From: a virus
Lineage: Duplodnaviria; Caudoviricetes
Reading direction: 5' to 3' (one strand)
IMG/VR virus record: IMGVR_UViG_3300030095_001539
Coordinates: 1-34,799 of that record
DNA: 34,799 nucleotides
Both the position numbers and the translations under genes were made by a program. Under the pieces are notes generated by a model. That model did not search any database. It was not told the DNA's origin and saw only the letters and a list, made by a program, of their open reading frames with translations. This document shows, piece after piece, positions 27,100 to 34,799 of this stretch; position 1 is the first letter of the stretch; the number at the start of each line of letters is the position of its first letter.

Positions 27100-28005
27100 T
27101 TAACAAGATCTTTTAGTGCATGAAGTTGAAAACTTTGTAGAAAATTGAGGCTTTCTATTTTTCTTTTTGTATTTTGTTGTTTTAACTTTCTTAGGCTTAT
27201 ATGTTGTGTTTTTCTTTTCTTTCTTTTTTTCAACTACTTTTGTTTCTTTCTTAACAGGTGTTATCTCAGTTCTAAGCTTTGGCTCTGAAGATGTAGTTAT
27301 TTTAGCTTTTCTAGTTGGTATTTGTTCTTCAACTTTAACGTCTTTCTTTTTATATGCTTTAGCAGCTTTAGTAAAACCTTCTAATGTAGGGTATTTGCTT
27401 TTATCTGCTTTTTTATAAGCATCCTCATATCTAACACTACCTTTTGAACCAGGTGAACCACCTTGTTTAGTGGTTGTAGTAGTAAGACGTTTCATACCTG
27501 TCTCAGGATTAACATCTGTTTTAGTAGTTTTAGTTACTTTTTCTTTATCACCTTCTCCAGGAGCTGATGCGCCATGCATTGACACACCTATTAAACCTCT
27601 TTCGGCCATGTGTTTAAAAGGTTTATTATTGCCTCTATATCCTTTTAATTTGAATTTTGTTGATCCCATTTCTGTTTGTTTTTTCCTTGATTGTTTACTA
27701 GCCTTGTAAGCTTCTTTCTCCCAAGGTAACTGTTCGTTGTGTTCGTTTAGATTTTCTCTAGGATAAGTTTTACCTTTCCAGTAGAAGTTTTGTTGGTCAT
27801 AATCTAAGTCACCATTAGCTTGTTGCTTTTGATGAACTTTTTCATGAGCTATTACATTTTGCTCTTCTTCTGGACTAATACCACTTTGCACTATTATACC
27901 AGTATGGTTTGATTTACCTATAGATCCGTCTGTTAAATCTTTTTTATAAACAGCTATGTTCATATTAGACTCATCGTATGGTGATCCTTTTAGCTTAAAA
28001 CCCAT
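27100..28005 (-). CDS. HExxH zincin-like metallopeptidase domain plus Lys/Thr-rich disordered tail
   Basis: VIAHEKVHQKQ followed by LPWEKEAY (likely third ligand); very basic C-terminal half. Confidence 0.65.
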   Translation of the reverse strand: MGFKLKGSPYDESNMNIAVYKKDLTDGSIGKSNHTGIIVQSGISPEEEQNVIAHEKVHQKQQANGDLDYDQQNFYWKGKTYPRENLNEHNEQLPWEKEAYKASKQSRKKQTEMGSTKFKLKGYRGNNKPFKHMAERGLIGVSMHGASAPGEGDKEKVTKTTKTDVNPETGMKRLTTTTTKQGGSPGSKGSVRYEDAYKKADKSKYPTLEGFTKAAKAYKKKDVKVEEQIPTRKAKITTSSEPKLRTEITPVKKETKVVEKKKEKKNTTYKPKKVKTTKYKKKNRKPQFSTKFSTSCTKRSC

Positions 28006-28220
28006 TATTTGTTTTTATTCTTTTTATCTGCTTTTATTTGCTTGTCAGTTAAAGGAACGTCAGCATCTGTAGAAGGTCTTAATTTTATAGTGCCATTGTC
28101 ACAATAAAACTCTCTTCTTTCTCTAGCAGCTTCTTCTTTACCACCTGGTTTCTTAGCATAGCCTGCTTCCCAAGCTTTCCAAGCTTTTCCACATTTACCT
28201 TTACTACCTCTATTTCTCAT
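28005..28220 (-). CDS. Small basic hypothetical protein
   Basis: 71 aa, Lys/Arg-rich, coupled to neighbours. Confidence 0.6.
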   Translation of the reverse strand: MRNRGSKGKCGKAWKAWEAGYAKKPGGKEEAARERREFYCDNGTIKLRPSTDADVPLTDKQIKADKKNKNK

Positions 28221-28221
28221 A

Positions 28222-28641
28222 TTATTTTTTCTTTTTCATAGAAGCACCTTGTGTAAATCTTGCGCTTTTATTTTTTATAGCTTCTTTCTTTTGTTCTGGA
28301 CTCATTTTCTTGTGAGTTCTACCTTGAGAAACTAACTTATCTGCTCTTTTAGATCTTAGTGAAGCACCATCAGAAGCTAGTATTTTCTTTTGCAAAGCTT
28401 CTGGTAAATTCTTTTGTTTACCTTTTAATGGAACTGAAGCTCCATCATTTTTCTTAGTTTTACAACCAAAGTTATTAGCATAGTTAGCCATTTTGACTAC
28501 AGCCGGAGAATACTTTTTAGTTTTAGATCTCATAATTTTACTAGCAGCTTTACAAGTGTCCATACCACCCATATTCTTTTCTACCCATTTAGTAAACTTA
28601 CCTTCGTTCTTTTCTTTTATTTCTGGAAATTTCTTAGCCAT
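28222..28641 (-). CDS. Small basic modular protein with three GAS motifs
   Basis: 139 aa; NDGAS, SDGAS and TQGAS separate short Lys-rich modules. Confidence 0.7.
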   Translation of the reverse strand: MAKKFPEIKEKNEGKFTKWVEKNMGGMDTCKAASKIMRSKTKKYSPAVVKMANYANNFGCKTKKNDGASVPLKGKQKNLPEALQKKILASDGASLRSKRADKLVSQGRTHKKMSPEQKKEAIKNKSARFTQGASMKKKK

Positions 28642-28646
28642 TTCGT

Positions 28647-28799
28647 TTATTTTTTATTCATGTTGTAAGGAAAATTTTTATTAAACCATTGCTTACGATC
28701 ATCGCAACCGCAACCACCTGGTATCATATCTGCAACTTTTTTTATACCTGTTGCCTTTGTAAACTTTTCTATGCTATCGCCTAAACCTCTTGATTTCAT
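28647..28799 (-). CDS. Small CGC-motif phage protein (50 aa; below ORF-track cutoff)
   Basis: MKSRGLGDSIEKFTKATGIKKVADMIPGGCGCDDRKQWFNKNFPYNMNKK; fills the gap exactly. Confidence 0.75.
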   Translation of the reverse strand: MKSRGLGDSIEKFTKATGIKKVADMIPGGCGCDDRKQWFNKNFPYNMNKK

Positions 28800-28809
28800 A
28801 ATATTTTAT

Positions 28810-29466
28810 TTAACAGTTCCACCTTCTTCTAGCTGCTAATCCTCTTTCGCCTTTCCAGCTTTTTGATCTAGCACAAAATGATTTTCTACGCTTAGCATCT
28901 TTACTACCTGGTTTTAGCTTTGATGGATCTTTTGTAACAGCTGTTTTTAATTTACTACCTGGATTATTACGCTTATATTCATTAACACCTTTTTGTGTCA
29001 TACCACCACCAGCTTTACCTCCTGTACCCGTAGGATTAGCTTTGTTAAAATTTTTGCCTTTACCTATTGTTCTTTTAGGATCAGCTGCACTAGGACCACC
29101 TACTTTTACGCAGTTGTTAACCATCCTATTGCCTTTTTTCTTCATACCTTTTTTAATAAAACCATCCCAACAAGGAGTTGATTTTTTTGAAGGTCCATCT
29201 TTTCTTTTTGTTTTTTTAGAACTACCACCACAAGGTCCACCTGTAGCTACATTAATCCAGTTCTCTTTTTCAAACCAGTCTCTTAGCGTAGCTCCTTTTT
29301 TACGAGCACCTTTTACATTAGAAGAACTTGATCTCTTGTATTTGCCTTTAGAAGCTGCAGATCTTTTAGCATTGACAACTTTATCTCTTTCAGCTTGACT
29401 CATTGATCTTACCTTGGAAGCAGGTAGGCATACTTTACTAGTTCCGCCTCCTTTAACTTTTCCCAC
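28810..29466 (-). CDS. Basic multi-module protein (C-terminal RRKSFCAR...RRRWNC module); start uncertain (GTG 29466 or 29508)
   Basis: Modules VCLP..MSQAER, LRDWFEKENW..PCG, PCWDG..VNNCVK and NPGSKLKTAVT..RRKSFCAR..WNC. Confidence 0.7.
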   Translation of the reverse strand: MGKVKGGGTSKVCLPASKVRSMSQAERDKVVNAKRSAASKGKYKRSSSSNVKGARKKGATLRDWFEKENWINVATGGPCGGSSKKTKRKDGPSKKSTPCWDGFIKKGMKKKGNRMVNNCVKVGGPSAADPKRTIGKGKNFNKANPTGTGGKAGGGMTQKGVNEYKRNNPGSKLKTAVTKDPSKLKPGSKDAKRRKSFCARSKSWKGERGLAARRRWNC

Positions 29467-29611
29467 GGTTTCTTTTTTTAGATCCGCCACCGTAGTTACC
29501 TGGTCCACCAGCTTTAGTACATCTCACACCCCAGCCAGAAGCATAAGCACTTGGCCATACTTTAAATTTCTTTTTTGCTGCGGCTTTACAAGCTGGACTA
29601 ATTTTTCCCAT
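29453..29611 (-). CDS. Small basic protein with KFKVWPSAYAS motif (52 aa; below ORF-track cutoff)
   Basis: MGKISPACKAAAKKKFKVWPSAYASGWGVRCTKAGGPGNYGGGSKKRNRGKS; ATG overlaps the upstream TAA. Confidence 0.75.
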   Translation of the reverse strand: MGKISPACKAAAKKKFKVWPSAYASGWGVRCTKAGGPGNYGGGSKKRNRGKS

Positions 29612-30006
29612 TATCTACGTTTTTTACTTACTTGAACTTCTTTAACTATCACAGTTGGTTTTCTTTTGTGTAAGTCTTCTAATTTCTTTTGAAGCTCTTG
29701 TAACTTACCATCACTTTCTGTACCATCTTTAACTAAACCAGACAACACATCTATTTCTTCAAATATAACATCGTCAACTTGTTCTAACATATTAACTCTT
29801 TCTAACATGTCTTCAATGTTCTCGTGGTTCCACTTTTCTTTTAGATCATACTCTAGTCTACCAACTTCTACTGGTGGTAAACCTTTAGCTGCTTCTATAT
29901 CTTCTTGTAAAGTATAATACATACCAACTAGTGTTGTTGTTAGCATTATTATCCCAATTACAGTTTTTATATCAATTTTAAACTCAGTGTTTTCAGATAT
30001 TTTCAT
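29611..30006 (-). CDS. Single-TM coiled-coil membrane protein (lysis-associated, i-spanin/holin-like)
   Basis: Likely start MKISENTEF at 30006; TM TVIGIIMLTTTLVGMYY followed by a coiled-coil; directly after the endolysin. Confidence 0.55.
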   Translation of the reverse strand: MKISENTEFKIDIKTVIGIIMLTTTLVGMYYTLQEDIEAAKGLPPVEVGRLEYDLKEKWNHENIEDMLERVNMLEQVDDVIFEEIDVLSGLVKDGTESDGKLQELQKKLEDLHKRKPTVIVKEVQVSKKRR

Positions 30007-30406
30007 ATTCTTTCGTCGCGTCAAATGATGGGCATGCTTTATTAGCAAACTCATTATGTGAATAAATAATAGCGTCTGGATACATTGCTTTTAATGTTTT
30101 AAGCACATGTAACAGACTTTCTTTTTGAACCTCTGTTCTTGTATCTTTTGGTGTCTTACCGTCAGCTTCTACGCCTCCGCAATAACATAATCCTATAGAA
30201 TTACGATTGTGCCCTTTACAATGAGCGCCTGTTTTATCTATATCTCTACCTTTTTTGATAGTGCCGTCTAGTTCTATATAGAAATGGTAACCTATGTCCG
30301 TCCAGCCTCTACCTTCAGTATGCCACTTTTTTATTGTTTCAACTGGTATTTCTTGACCTTCTCTAGTAGCAGAGCAGTGTATTATAATTTCTTTTATACT
30401 TCTCAT
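29993..30406 (-). CDS. Endolysin, N-acetylmuramoyl-L-alanine amidase (Amidase_2, T7 lysozyme-like)
   Basis: IIIHCSAT, GWTDIGYHF, GAHCKGHNRNSIGLCYCGG, HNEFANKACPSF; likely start MRSIKE at 30406. Confidence 0.92.
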   Translation of the reverse strand: MRSIKEIIIHCSATREGQEIPVETIKKWHTEGRGWTDIGYHFYIELDGTIKKGRDIDKTGAHCKGHNRNSIGLCYCGGVEADGKTPKDTRTEVQKESLLHVLKTLKAMYPDAIIYSHNEFANKACPSFDATKEYENI

Positions 30407-30408
30407 GT

Positions 30409-30753
30409 TTAAGCAGGATTTTGCCAAGTAAAATATAAATCTTCGTTTACTGGTGTAATTTGTTTTTGTATTTGCGCATCTATATCAGCTTTCATAGTGT
30501 CTAAATCTAAAGCATTTTCTAGCCATCCTATAACTACATTTTCAAAAGCCTCAGTATTTTCATAAGGTACAAAAGGATCACCTTCTACATAAGTAAAACC
30601 TTCACTACCTATGTTACTTGCTGTGTAAGTTTTTCCTGCAGATTCTTCTGATCCAGTATAAATCCAATGTACTGTGTATATAACATTGTCTTTGCCTTCA
30701 GCGTGAATATGTGCGTTCATTGGGTTAATTGACCATTTATAAGTTGTTGCCAT
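30409..30753 (-). CDS. Hypothetical phage protein (type often found near tail fibre genes)
   Basis: 114 aa; TYKWSI..NVIYTVHW..FVPYE..VIGWLE pattern. Confidence 0.6.
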   Translation of the reverse strand: MATTYKWSINPMNAHIHAEGKDNVIYTVHWIYTGSEESAGKTYTASNIGSEGFTYVEGDPFVPYENTEAFENVVIGWLENALDLDTMKADIDAQIQKQITPVNEDLYFTWQNPA

Positions 30754-30755
30754 AA

Positions 30756-31136
30756 TTATTTCTTTTTAAATAAAACATTGCTCATTGCAGCTCCTTCGTT
30801 TACTTTTTCAACATTCATTGTTGTTGTTTGATCAAAATTTGGTCTCGCAGATCCAGTGCCATTGCTTATAGGAAAATCATTAATATTTTGCTGTGTAACT
30901 CCAGTAGTATTATTCATTAAAGGTTGTACTTCACTTTCATTTATACTTTGTACTTGATTATTTCCAAATCCTTGAAACTTGTTTGGAAGAGTTTTATTTC
31001 CAAATCCTTGAAACTCTCCTTGATTAACCATACTTTCTTGTTTAGGTTCAATCATTTCTTTAGTTCTTTCTGCGCTTTGATCTATCCTATCATTAAAGTT
31101 AGAGAAAAAATTGCTAGCGCCATTTTCTTTTTTCAT
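30756..31136 (-). CDS. Asn/Gln-rich disordered protein with duplicated FQGFGN
   Basis: 126 aa, begins MKKENGAS; internal repeat. Confidence 0.6.
   Translation of the reverse strand: MKKENGASNFFSNFNDRIDQSAERTKEMIEPKQESMVNQGEFQGFGNKTLPNKFQGFGNNQVQSINESEVQPLMNNTTGVTQQNINDFPISNGTGSARPNFDQTTTMNVEKVNEGAAMSNVLFKKK
30958..31015. repeat. 22-bp direct repeat, 36-bp period
   Basis: TTATTTCCAAATCCTTGAAACT at 30958-30979 and 30994-31015. Confidence 0.9.
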
Positions 31137-31297
31137 AATTTATTTTTTTTATTTATTAAATACCACTTATGTACAGTATAACCAATTGTTAAAGATAACA
31201 AGAGTATTTCTAAAGCCGGTTCTATCCAGTTTAAGCTAGCTAGAGTAAATGAAGATGCATTTAGTAAATACAACTTCAAATCTTCACTTGCTATCAT
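31133..31297 (-). CDS. Small membrane protein, holin-like (54 aa; below ORF-track cutoff)
   Basis: MIASEDLKLYLLNASSFTLASLNWIEPALEILLLSLTIGYTVHKWYLINKKNKL; hydrophobic with basic C-terminus; ATGA overlaps at both ends. Confidence 0.65.
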   Translation of the reverse strand: MIASEDLKLYLLNASSFTLASLNWIEPALEILLLSLTIGYTVHKWYLINKKNKL

Positions 31298-31446
31298 TTC
31301 TGAGCGTTAAGAACAGCGTTACCTTTATAAGGCACGTTATCTATTTTCCTAAGAGTAGGCATTATTGTAGAGTTATTTGATCTCATTACTCTTGTACCAA
31401 CAACGGGCTTGCCGGTGTTCAATACTTTTCCTGCTGGTTTTTGCAT
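31294..31446 (-). CDS. Small basic hypothetical protein (50 aa; below ORF-track cutoff)
   Basis: MQKPAGKVLNTGKPVVGTRVMRSNNSTIMPTLRKIDNVPYKGNAVLNAQK; fills the gap with an ATGA overlap. Confidence 0.6.
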   Translation of the reverse strand: MQKPAGKVLNTGKPVVGTRVMRSNNSTIMPTLRKIDNVPYKGNAVLNAQK

Positions 31447-31449
31447 AAT

Positions 31450-32499
31450 TTATCCTTTTAAATTTTCCATTTTGTTTTCATCATCTAGTTGTTGCATGAT
31501 GTTTTTATTCTTTTCTTCTTCTTTAGCTCTAGCTGCTGACTCATTGTTAGCTATTTTCTCTTTTTTAAGAGTATTTAATCTTTTCTTTGCTTTAACAGCG
31601 TCAACACCTTTACCTACTAAATGACCAGCAATTAAACCCACGTGACCTACATTTACTTTAACACCGCCTATATTAGCATTTACACTATTGTTAGCTAAAT
31701 TTTGAAAAAACCTTTGGTAATCGGTTTTTGGAGTTTTAAAGTTATCAGCAGAGCTAGATTGATAACCTTTAGGCATATTACTTTTCATTGAAGCTCCGGA
31801 AGGATTACTGTAAGAACTTGGCTGGTCTTTTGCTTCATATCTCGGGTCTAGAGGTTCTGTTTCGTTTCGCGTTAAGCCTAGCGGCTTATTCAAATCTTCA
31901 GCCGTAACAGAACTATCATTTCTTGATTTTATTGCTGCTTCTGCTTCATTAGCTTTATTAATACCTGCTTCAGCTACTCTTGATTTTAAATCACCAGCAT
32001 CTTGGCCTGTTATTTCAGCTGCTTTATCAAAACCATAATCACTCATTCCTTTTGCTTTTCCAGCTAATGACTTTGTTTTTTCTACTGCTTTACCTAACTT
32101 CTGGTGTTTAGAAGAAAATTTAGCAAACTTTTGAGCTTTTGTAACACTTTTTTGACCGGCCTCTCCAAGTTTTTGAAGTTTAGGCATAGTATTTTGAGTT
32201 AGTTTAACAGCACCTTTTGTTGTTGCTTTAGCCGTTGATGCTGTTGCTTTACCAGTTTTAGCAGCGGTAGAAGCAGCTTTTGCTGTTTTAGCAAACTTAC
32301 CAGCTTTTAAAGCAACTTTACCAGCCTTAGCAGCTTTTGCAGCCTTTGCTGCTGCCGCGGCTACTTTAGCTGCTTTTGCAGCTTTTACACCTGCCACAGC
32401 TACTTTAGCAAGTTTTATACCTCCTAATATGGCAGCTGTTATAGGCTCTGAAGCACCATCATTATGCAGGGGAGTATTTTTAGGTTGTTTATAAGGCAT
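31450..32499 (-). CDS. Ala/Lys-rich protein (AAKAAK repeats), possible internal virion protein
   Basis: 349 aa; DGAS-EPITAAILGG followed by low-complexity amphipathic KAAKAAK; second GAS at PSGASMK. Confidence 0.65.
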   Translation of the reverse strand: MPYKQPKNTPLHNDGASEPITAAILGGIKLAKVAVAGVKAAKAAKVAAAAAKAAKAAKAGKVALKAGKFAKTAKAASTAAKTGKATASTAKATTKGAVKLTQNTMPKLQKLGEAGQKSVTKAQKFAKFSSKHQKLGKAVEKTKSLAGKAKGMSDYGFDKAAEITGQDAGDLKSRVAEAGINKANEAEAAIKSRNDSSVTAEDLNKPLGLTRNETEPLDPRYEAKDQPSSYSNPSGASMKSNMPKGYQSSSADNFKTPKTDYQRFFQNLANNSVNANIGGVKVNVGHVGLIAGHLVGKGVDAVKAKKRLNTLKKEKIANNESAARAKEEEKNKNIMQQLDDENKMENLKG

Positions 32500-32500
32500 A

Positions 32501-32935
32501 TTATCTTGTTTTGTCTTTGTTAACGTAATCTATTGATTTAGTAATTACTTTATAACTATATCTATTACTTTTTTCTAATTTAGTTGTAGGCATATCTTCT
32601 TCGCCTAACATAATACGGTACATGCGACTTATCAGCTGTTTGCACTTGAAGGAAACTTTATATATATGATATTTTTGAGTTGTGCGGTTTCTTTTTCTCC
32701 ACACTGTGATCCACCCTTGTTTCAATAATCTGTTCCAGCGCCTGTTATCCCAGCTGAATGAGTACGTACCTTTTATAAAATCATCTTTAGTAAACATATC
32801 TATAGCATCGAGATATATCAATAGTTCTAAATCTGCATCATTTAAGTCATTAGTTTTACAAGCCCACTTTCTAATTATTCTGTAATGTTTAAGTAAACCT
32901 AGTTCTTTTAAATCACTAGAAGTTAACTTTCTCAT
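32501..32935 (-). CDS. Putative winged-helix DNA-binding protein
   Basis: 144 aa; DLNDADLELLIYL..FTKDDF..RWNRLLKQGWITVW..IYKVSFKCKQLI has MarR/wHTH-like spacing. Confidence 0.5.
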   Translation of the reverse strand: MRKLTSSDLKELGLLKHYRIIRKWACKTNDLNDADLELLIYLDAIDMFTKDDFIKGTYSFSWDNRRWNRLLKQGWITVWRKRNRTTQKYHIYKVSFKCKQLISRMYRIMLGEEDMPTTKLEKSNRYSYKVITKSIDYVNKDKTR

Positions 32936-33192
32936 AGTATAATAACTACATCAAACTCTTTAATAACTTTATATTCTTCTTTATTTATTTCAATATTAAA
33001 TCCAGATGATTTATCGTAATAAATTTCATCACCTTTTTTTAATACAGATACTTCAGAGCCAGGTTCTATAACCTTAGCTCTTCTATATCTAACATCTTCT
33101 CTTTGCTTTTCAGCTAGAATTAATCCACCCTTTGTTTGAACATCAACTTCTTTGATTGGTTCAATTACTATAAACTTACCTACTGCTTTCAT
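32932..33192 (-). CDS. groES: Co-chaperonin GroES
   Basis: 86 aa; MKAVGKFIVIEP, mobile loop TKGGLIL, LKKGDEIYY, YKVIKEFDV. Confidence 0.88.
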   Translation of the reverse strand: MKAVGKFIVIEPIKEVDVQTKGGLILAEKQREDVRYRRAKVIEPGSEVSVLKKGDEIYYDKSSGFNIEINKEEYKVIKEFDVVIIL

Positions 33193-34736
33193 GCTCTTAT
33201 ATTATTAATTACACAATCAGTTGATAATATAGTAGTAGCTACTGAAGCTGCGTTAAGTAATGCACTCTTAGTAACTAGTAAAGGATCTATAATTCCGGCT
33301 TTTACCATATCAACCGTTTTTCCTGTAACCACATTTAATCCTAAACCTTTTACTTCTGGAGTTTCATAATTTTCTACACCAGCATTTTTTAATATCAATT
33401 TAAAAGGCTCTTTGATAGCACAATAAAGTACTTCTTCGCCCATTGACTTAGGTTCTAAATGTTGTGCAGCATTTAATAAAGCTATACCACCACCTGGCAC
33501 TATACCTTCCTTAATCGCAGCTTTTGTAGCACAAATAGCATCTTCTACTCTATCTCTCTTCTCTTTTAATTCTATTTCTGAGTTTGCCCCAACTTTAACC
33601 GTAGCTACTTTAGCTTTTAGTTTAGCTAGTCTTCTTTCTAGTCTAACTATAATATTAGGGTTTTTAGTTTCTTTTATGTTCTTATCTAATAAAGCAATAG
33701 TTTCTTTAACTTCTTTATTCTCTGTTAAATCAACTTTTAATATTGTATCTTCGTGGTTTGTTATAGATTTAATACATGATCCTAAATGCTCAGGTTGTAT
33801 AATATCCATATCATCTCCTAAGTCTTCATTAATAAGTGTAGCACCAGTCACAGCACATAGATCTGATAATACATCTTTTTTGCTGATTCCGTATACTGGT
33901 GCATCTATGATGTTAACTTTTATATTGCCTTTAGATTTATTCATGGCCAGCGCGGAAACCACTTGTGGGTCAACATCAGCAATGATAAGTAAGCTCTTAC
34001 CATTTTTAATAACATGTTCAAGGACTGACTGTATTTTTCTAACATTAGGTATAACTGATTCAACTATAAGAACTAATGGATTATCTAGTTCAGCTGTGCC
34101 TTTTTCTTTATTAGTAATAAAATGGTTGTTTTTTAATGCTTGATCATATTGAACACCTTCTATTAATTCTACTACAGTCTCAGGTTGTTCGTTTGTTTCC
34201 ATCATAACAACTCCTGTTTCATCTACTAACTTAAACGCTTCTCCTATAACTTTACCTAACTCTATATCATTGTTAGCCGATATAGTAGCTACTTGGTCTA
34301 TTTTTTTACCTGTTACTTTTTTACTATTTTTATTTAAATAGTTTAATACTTTTTTAACAGCACTATCAATACCTTCTTTCATTATTCTACTATCTTCTAG
34401 TAAATTGTGAGCTTGTGCTTGATCTAGTATTGCTTTTGCTAAAACAGTTGCTGTAGTTGTTCCATCACCTGCATCTGATACTGTTCGTTGAGCTGCTTGT
34501 TTAATAAGTGTCGCTCCAATGTTTTCTATAGAATCTTGTAGCGTAATTGAATTAGCCACTGTTACTCCATCTTTTGTTATTTGTGGCATACCATTAGCAT
34601 CTTCTAATATAACACATTTACCACTTGCTCCTAACGTTGACCCTACCGCATTAGTAAGTTTTTCAACGCCAGTTAATATCTGACTTCTAGCTGTATCGCC
34701 AAAAGCCAGATTTTTAACTAACTTTATTTCTTGCAT
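33189..34736 (-). CDS. groEL: Chaperonin GroEL (phage-encoded)
   Basis: 515 aa; ITKDGVTVA, DAGDGTTTATVLA, TISANND, DRVEDAICATKAA, GIVPGGG, GIIDP; lacks the GGM tail. Confidence 0.96.
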   Translation of the reverse strand: MQEIKLVKNLAFGDTARSQILTGVEKLTNAVGSTLGASGKCVILEDANGMPQITKDGVTVANSITLQDSIENIGATLIKQAAQRTVSDAGDGTTTATVLAKAILDQAQAHNLLEDSRIMKEGIDSAVKKVLNYLNKNSKKVTGKKIDQVATISANNDIELGKVIGEAFKLVDETGVVMMETNEQPETVVELIEGVQYDQALKNNHFITNKEKGTAELDNPLVLIVESVIPNVRKIQSVLEHVIKNGKSLLIIADVDPQVVSALAMNKSKGNIKVNIIDAPVYGISKKDVLSDLCAVTGATLINEDLGDDMDIIQPEHLGSCIKSITNHEDTILKVDLTENKEVKETIALLDKNIKETKNPNIIVRLERRLAKLKAKVATVKVGANSEIELKEKRDRVEDAICATKAAIKEGIVPGGGIALLNAAQHLEPKSMGEEVLYCAIKEPFKLILKNAGVENYETPEVKGLGLNVVTGKTVDMVKAGIIDPLLVTKSALLNAASVATTILSTDCVINNIRA

Positions 34737-34765
34737 TTAATTTAATTTAATTTGATTTGTTTTGA
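34734..34765 (-). promoter_or_regulatory. Pentamer (TAAAT/CAAAT)n translation leader of groEL
   Basis: Minus strand CAAATCAAATTAAATTAAATTAAATG; similar leaders at 8621-8637 and 26338-26370; no Shine-Dalgarno, as expected for Bacteroidota hosts. Confidence 0.45.
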
Positions 34766-34768
34766 ATA

Positions 34769-34799
34769 CTACTCGAAGGTTTTAACTACTTTCGGTCCT
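34769..34799 (-). CDS. 3' end of an upstream gene (...GPKVVKTFE*)
   Basis: Open frame from the window edge to TAG at 34771-34769; only 9 codons visible. Confidence 0.4.
   Translation of the reverse strand, partial: GPKVVKTFE

Noticed and set aside
30007-30427. Extended N-termini in the ORF track for the membrane protein (30054) and amidase (30427)
   Set aside because: The extensions overlap neighbouring genes; ATGs at 30006 and 30406 fit gene packing and domain starts better.
32230-32410. GCT/GCA/TTT-rich quasi-repeat DNA as a non-coding repeat
   Set aside because: Fully explained by Ala/Lys codons of the 349-aa ORF.
2135-34143. All plus-strand ORFs in the track (e.g. 2135-2317, 5754-6047, 8151-8588, 18356-18565, 29042-29398, 33676-34143)
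   Set aside because: They are antisense shadows of well-supported minus-strand genes, with Ser/Leu/Phe-rich composition and no recognisable motifs.
1-34799. Stop-codon reassignment as in some crAss-like phages
   Set aside because: The standard code gives full-length TerL, portal, MCP and GroEL, and TAA, TGA and TAG all appear as gene ends.
1-34799. CRISPR array, tRNA, rRNA, integrase or IS element
   Set aside because: No regularly spaced repeats, RNA gene signatures or recombinase motifs seen; intergenic gaps are mostly under 70 bp.

Overview
An AT-rich (roughly 30% GC by eye) stretch of a dsDNA podovirus-like phage genome. The gene families and order match the crAss-like / marine Flavobacteriia (Bacteroidota) phage structural module. 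Essentially every credible gene is on the minus strand and tightly packed. In transcription order: GroEL, GroES, a winged-helix protein, a cluster of small Lys/Ala-rich proteins mixed with lysis genes (holin-like proteins, Amidase_2 endolysin), an HExxH protein, a tandem GroES-like protein, TerS, TerL, portal, scaffold, major capsid protein, a duplicated pair of tail-ring genes, two tail stabilization/nozzle genes, a GNAT-like protein, and ejection/cargo proteins. The last of these is a >1911-aa giant ORF that runs off the window and is missing from the ORF track. The most unusual signals are: (1) a candidate -1 frameshift cassette at the 5' end of the giant gene, giving a 73-aa Cys-rich product; (2) long stop-free +1-frame ORFs overprinted on terL, one with a signal-peptide-like start; (3) a G-[AP]-S motif at module boundaries in several small basic proteins next to a zincin protease; (4) zincin-, sigma-region-2- and GH108-like domains in the cargo proteins; (5) a three-gene chaperonin set. 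All family calls come from motif recognition by eye; no database search was run.
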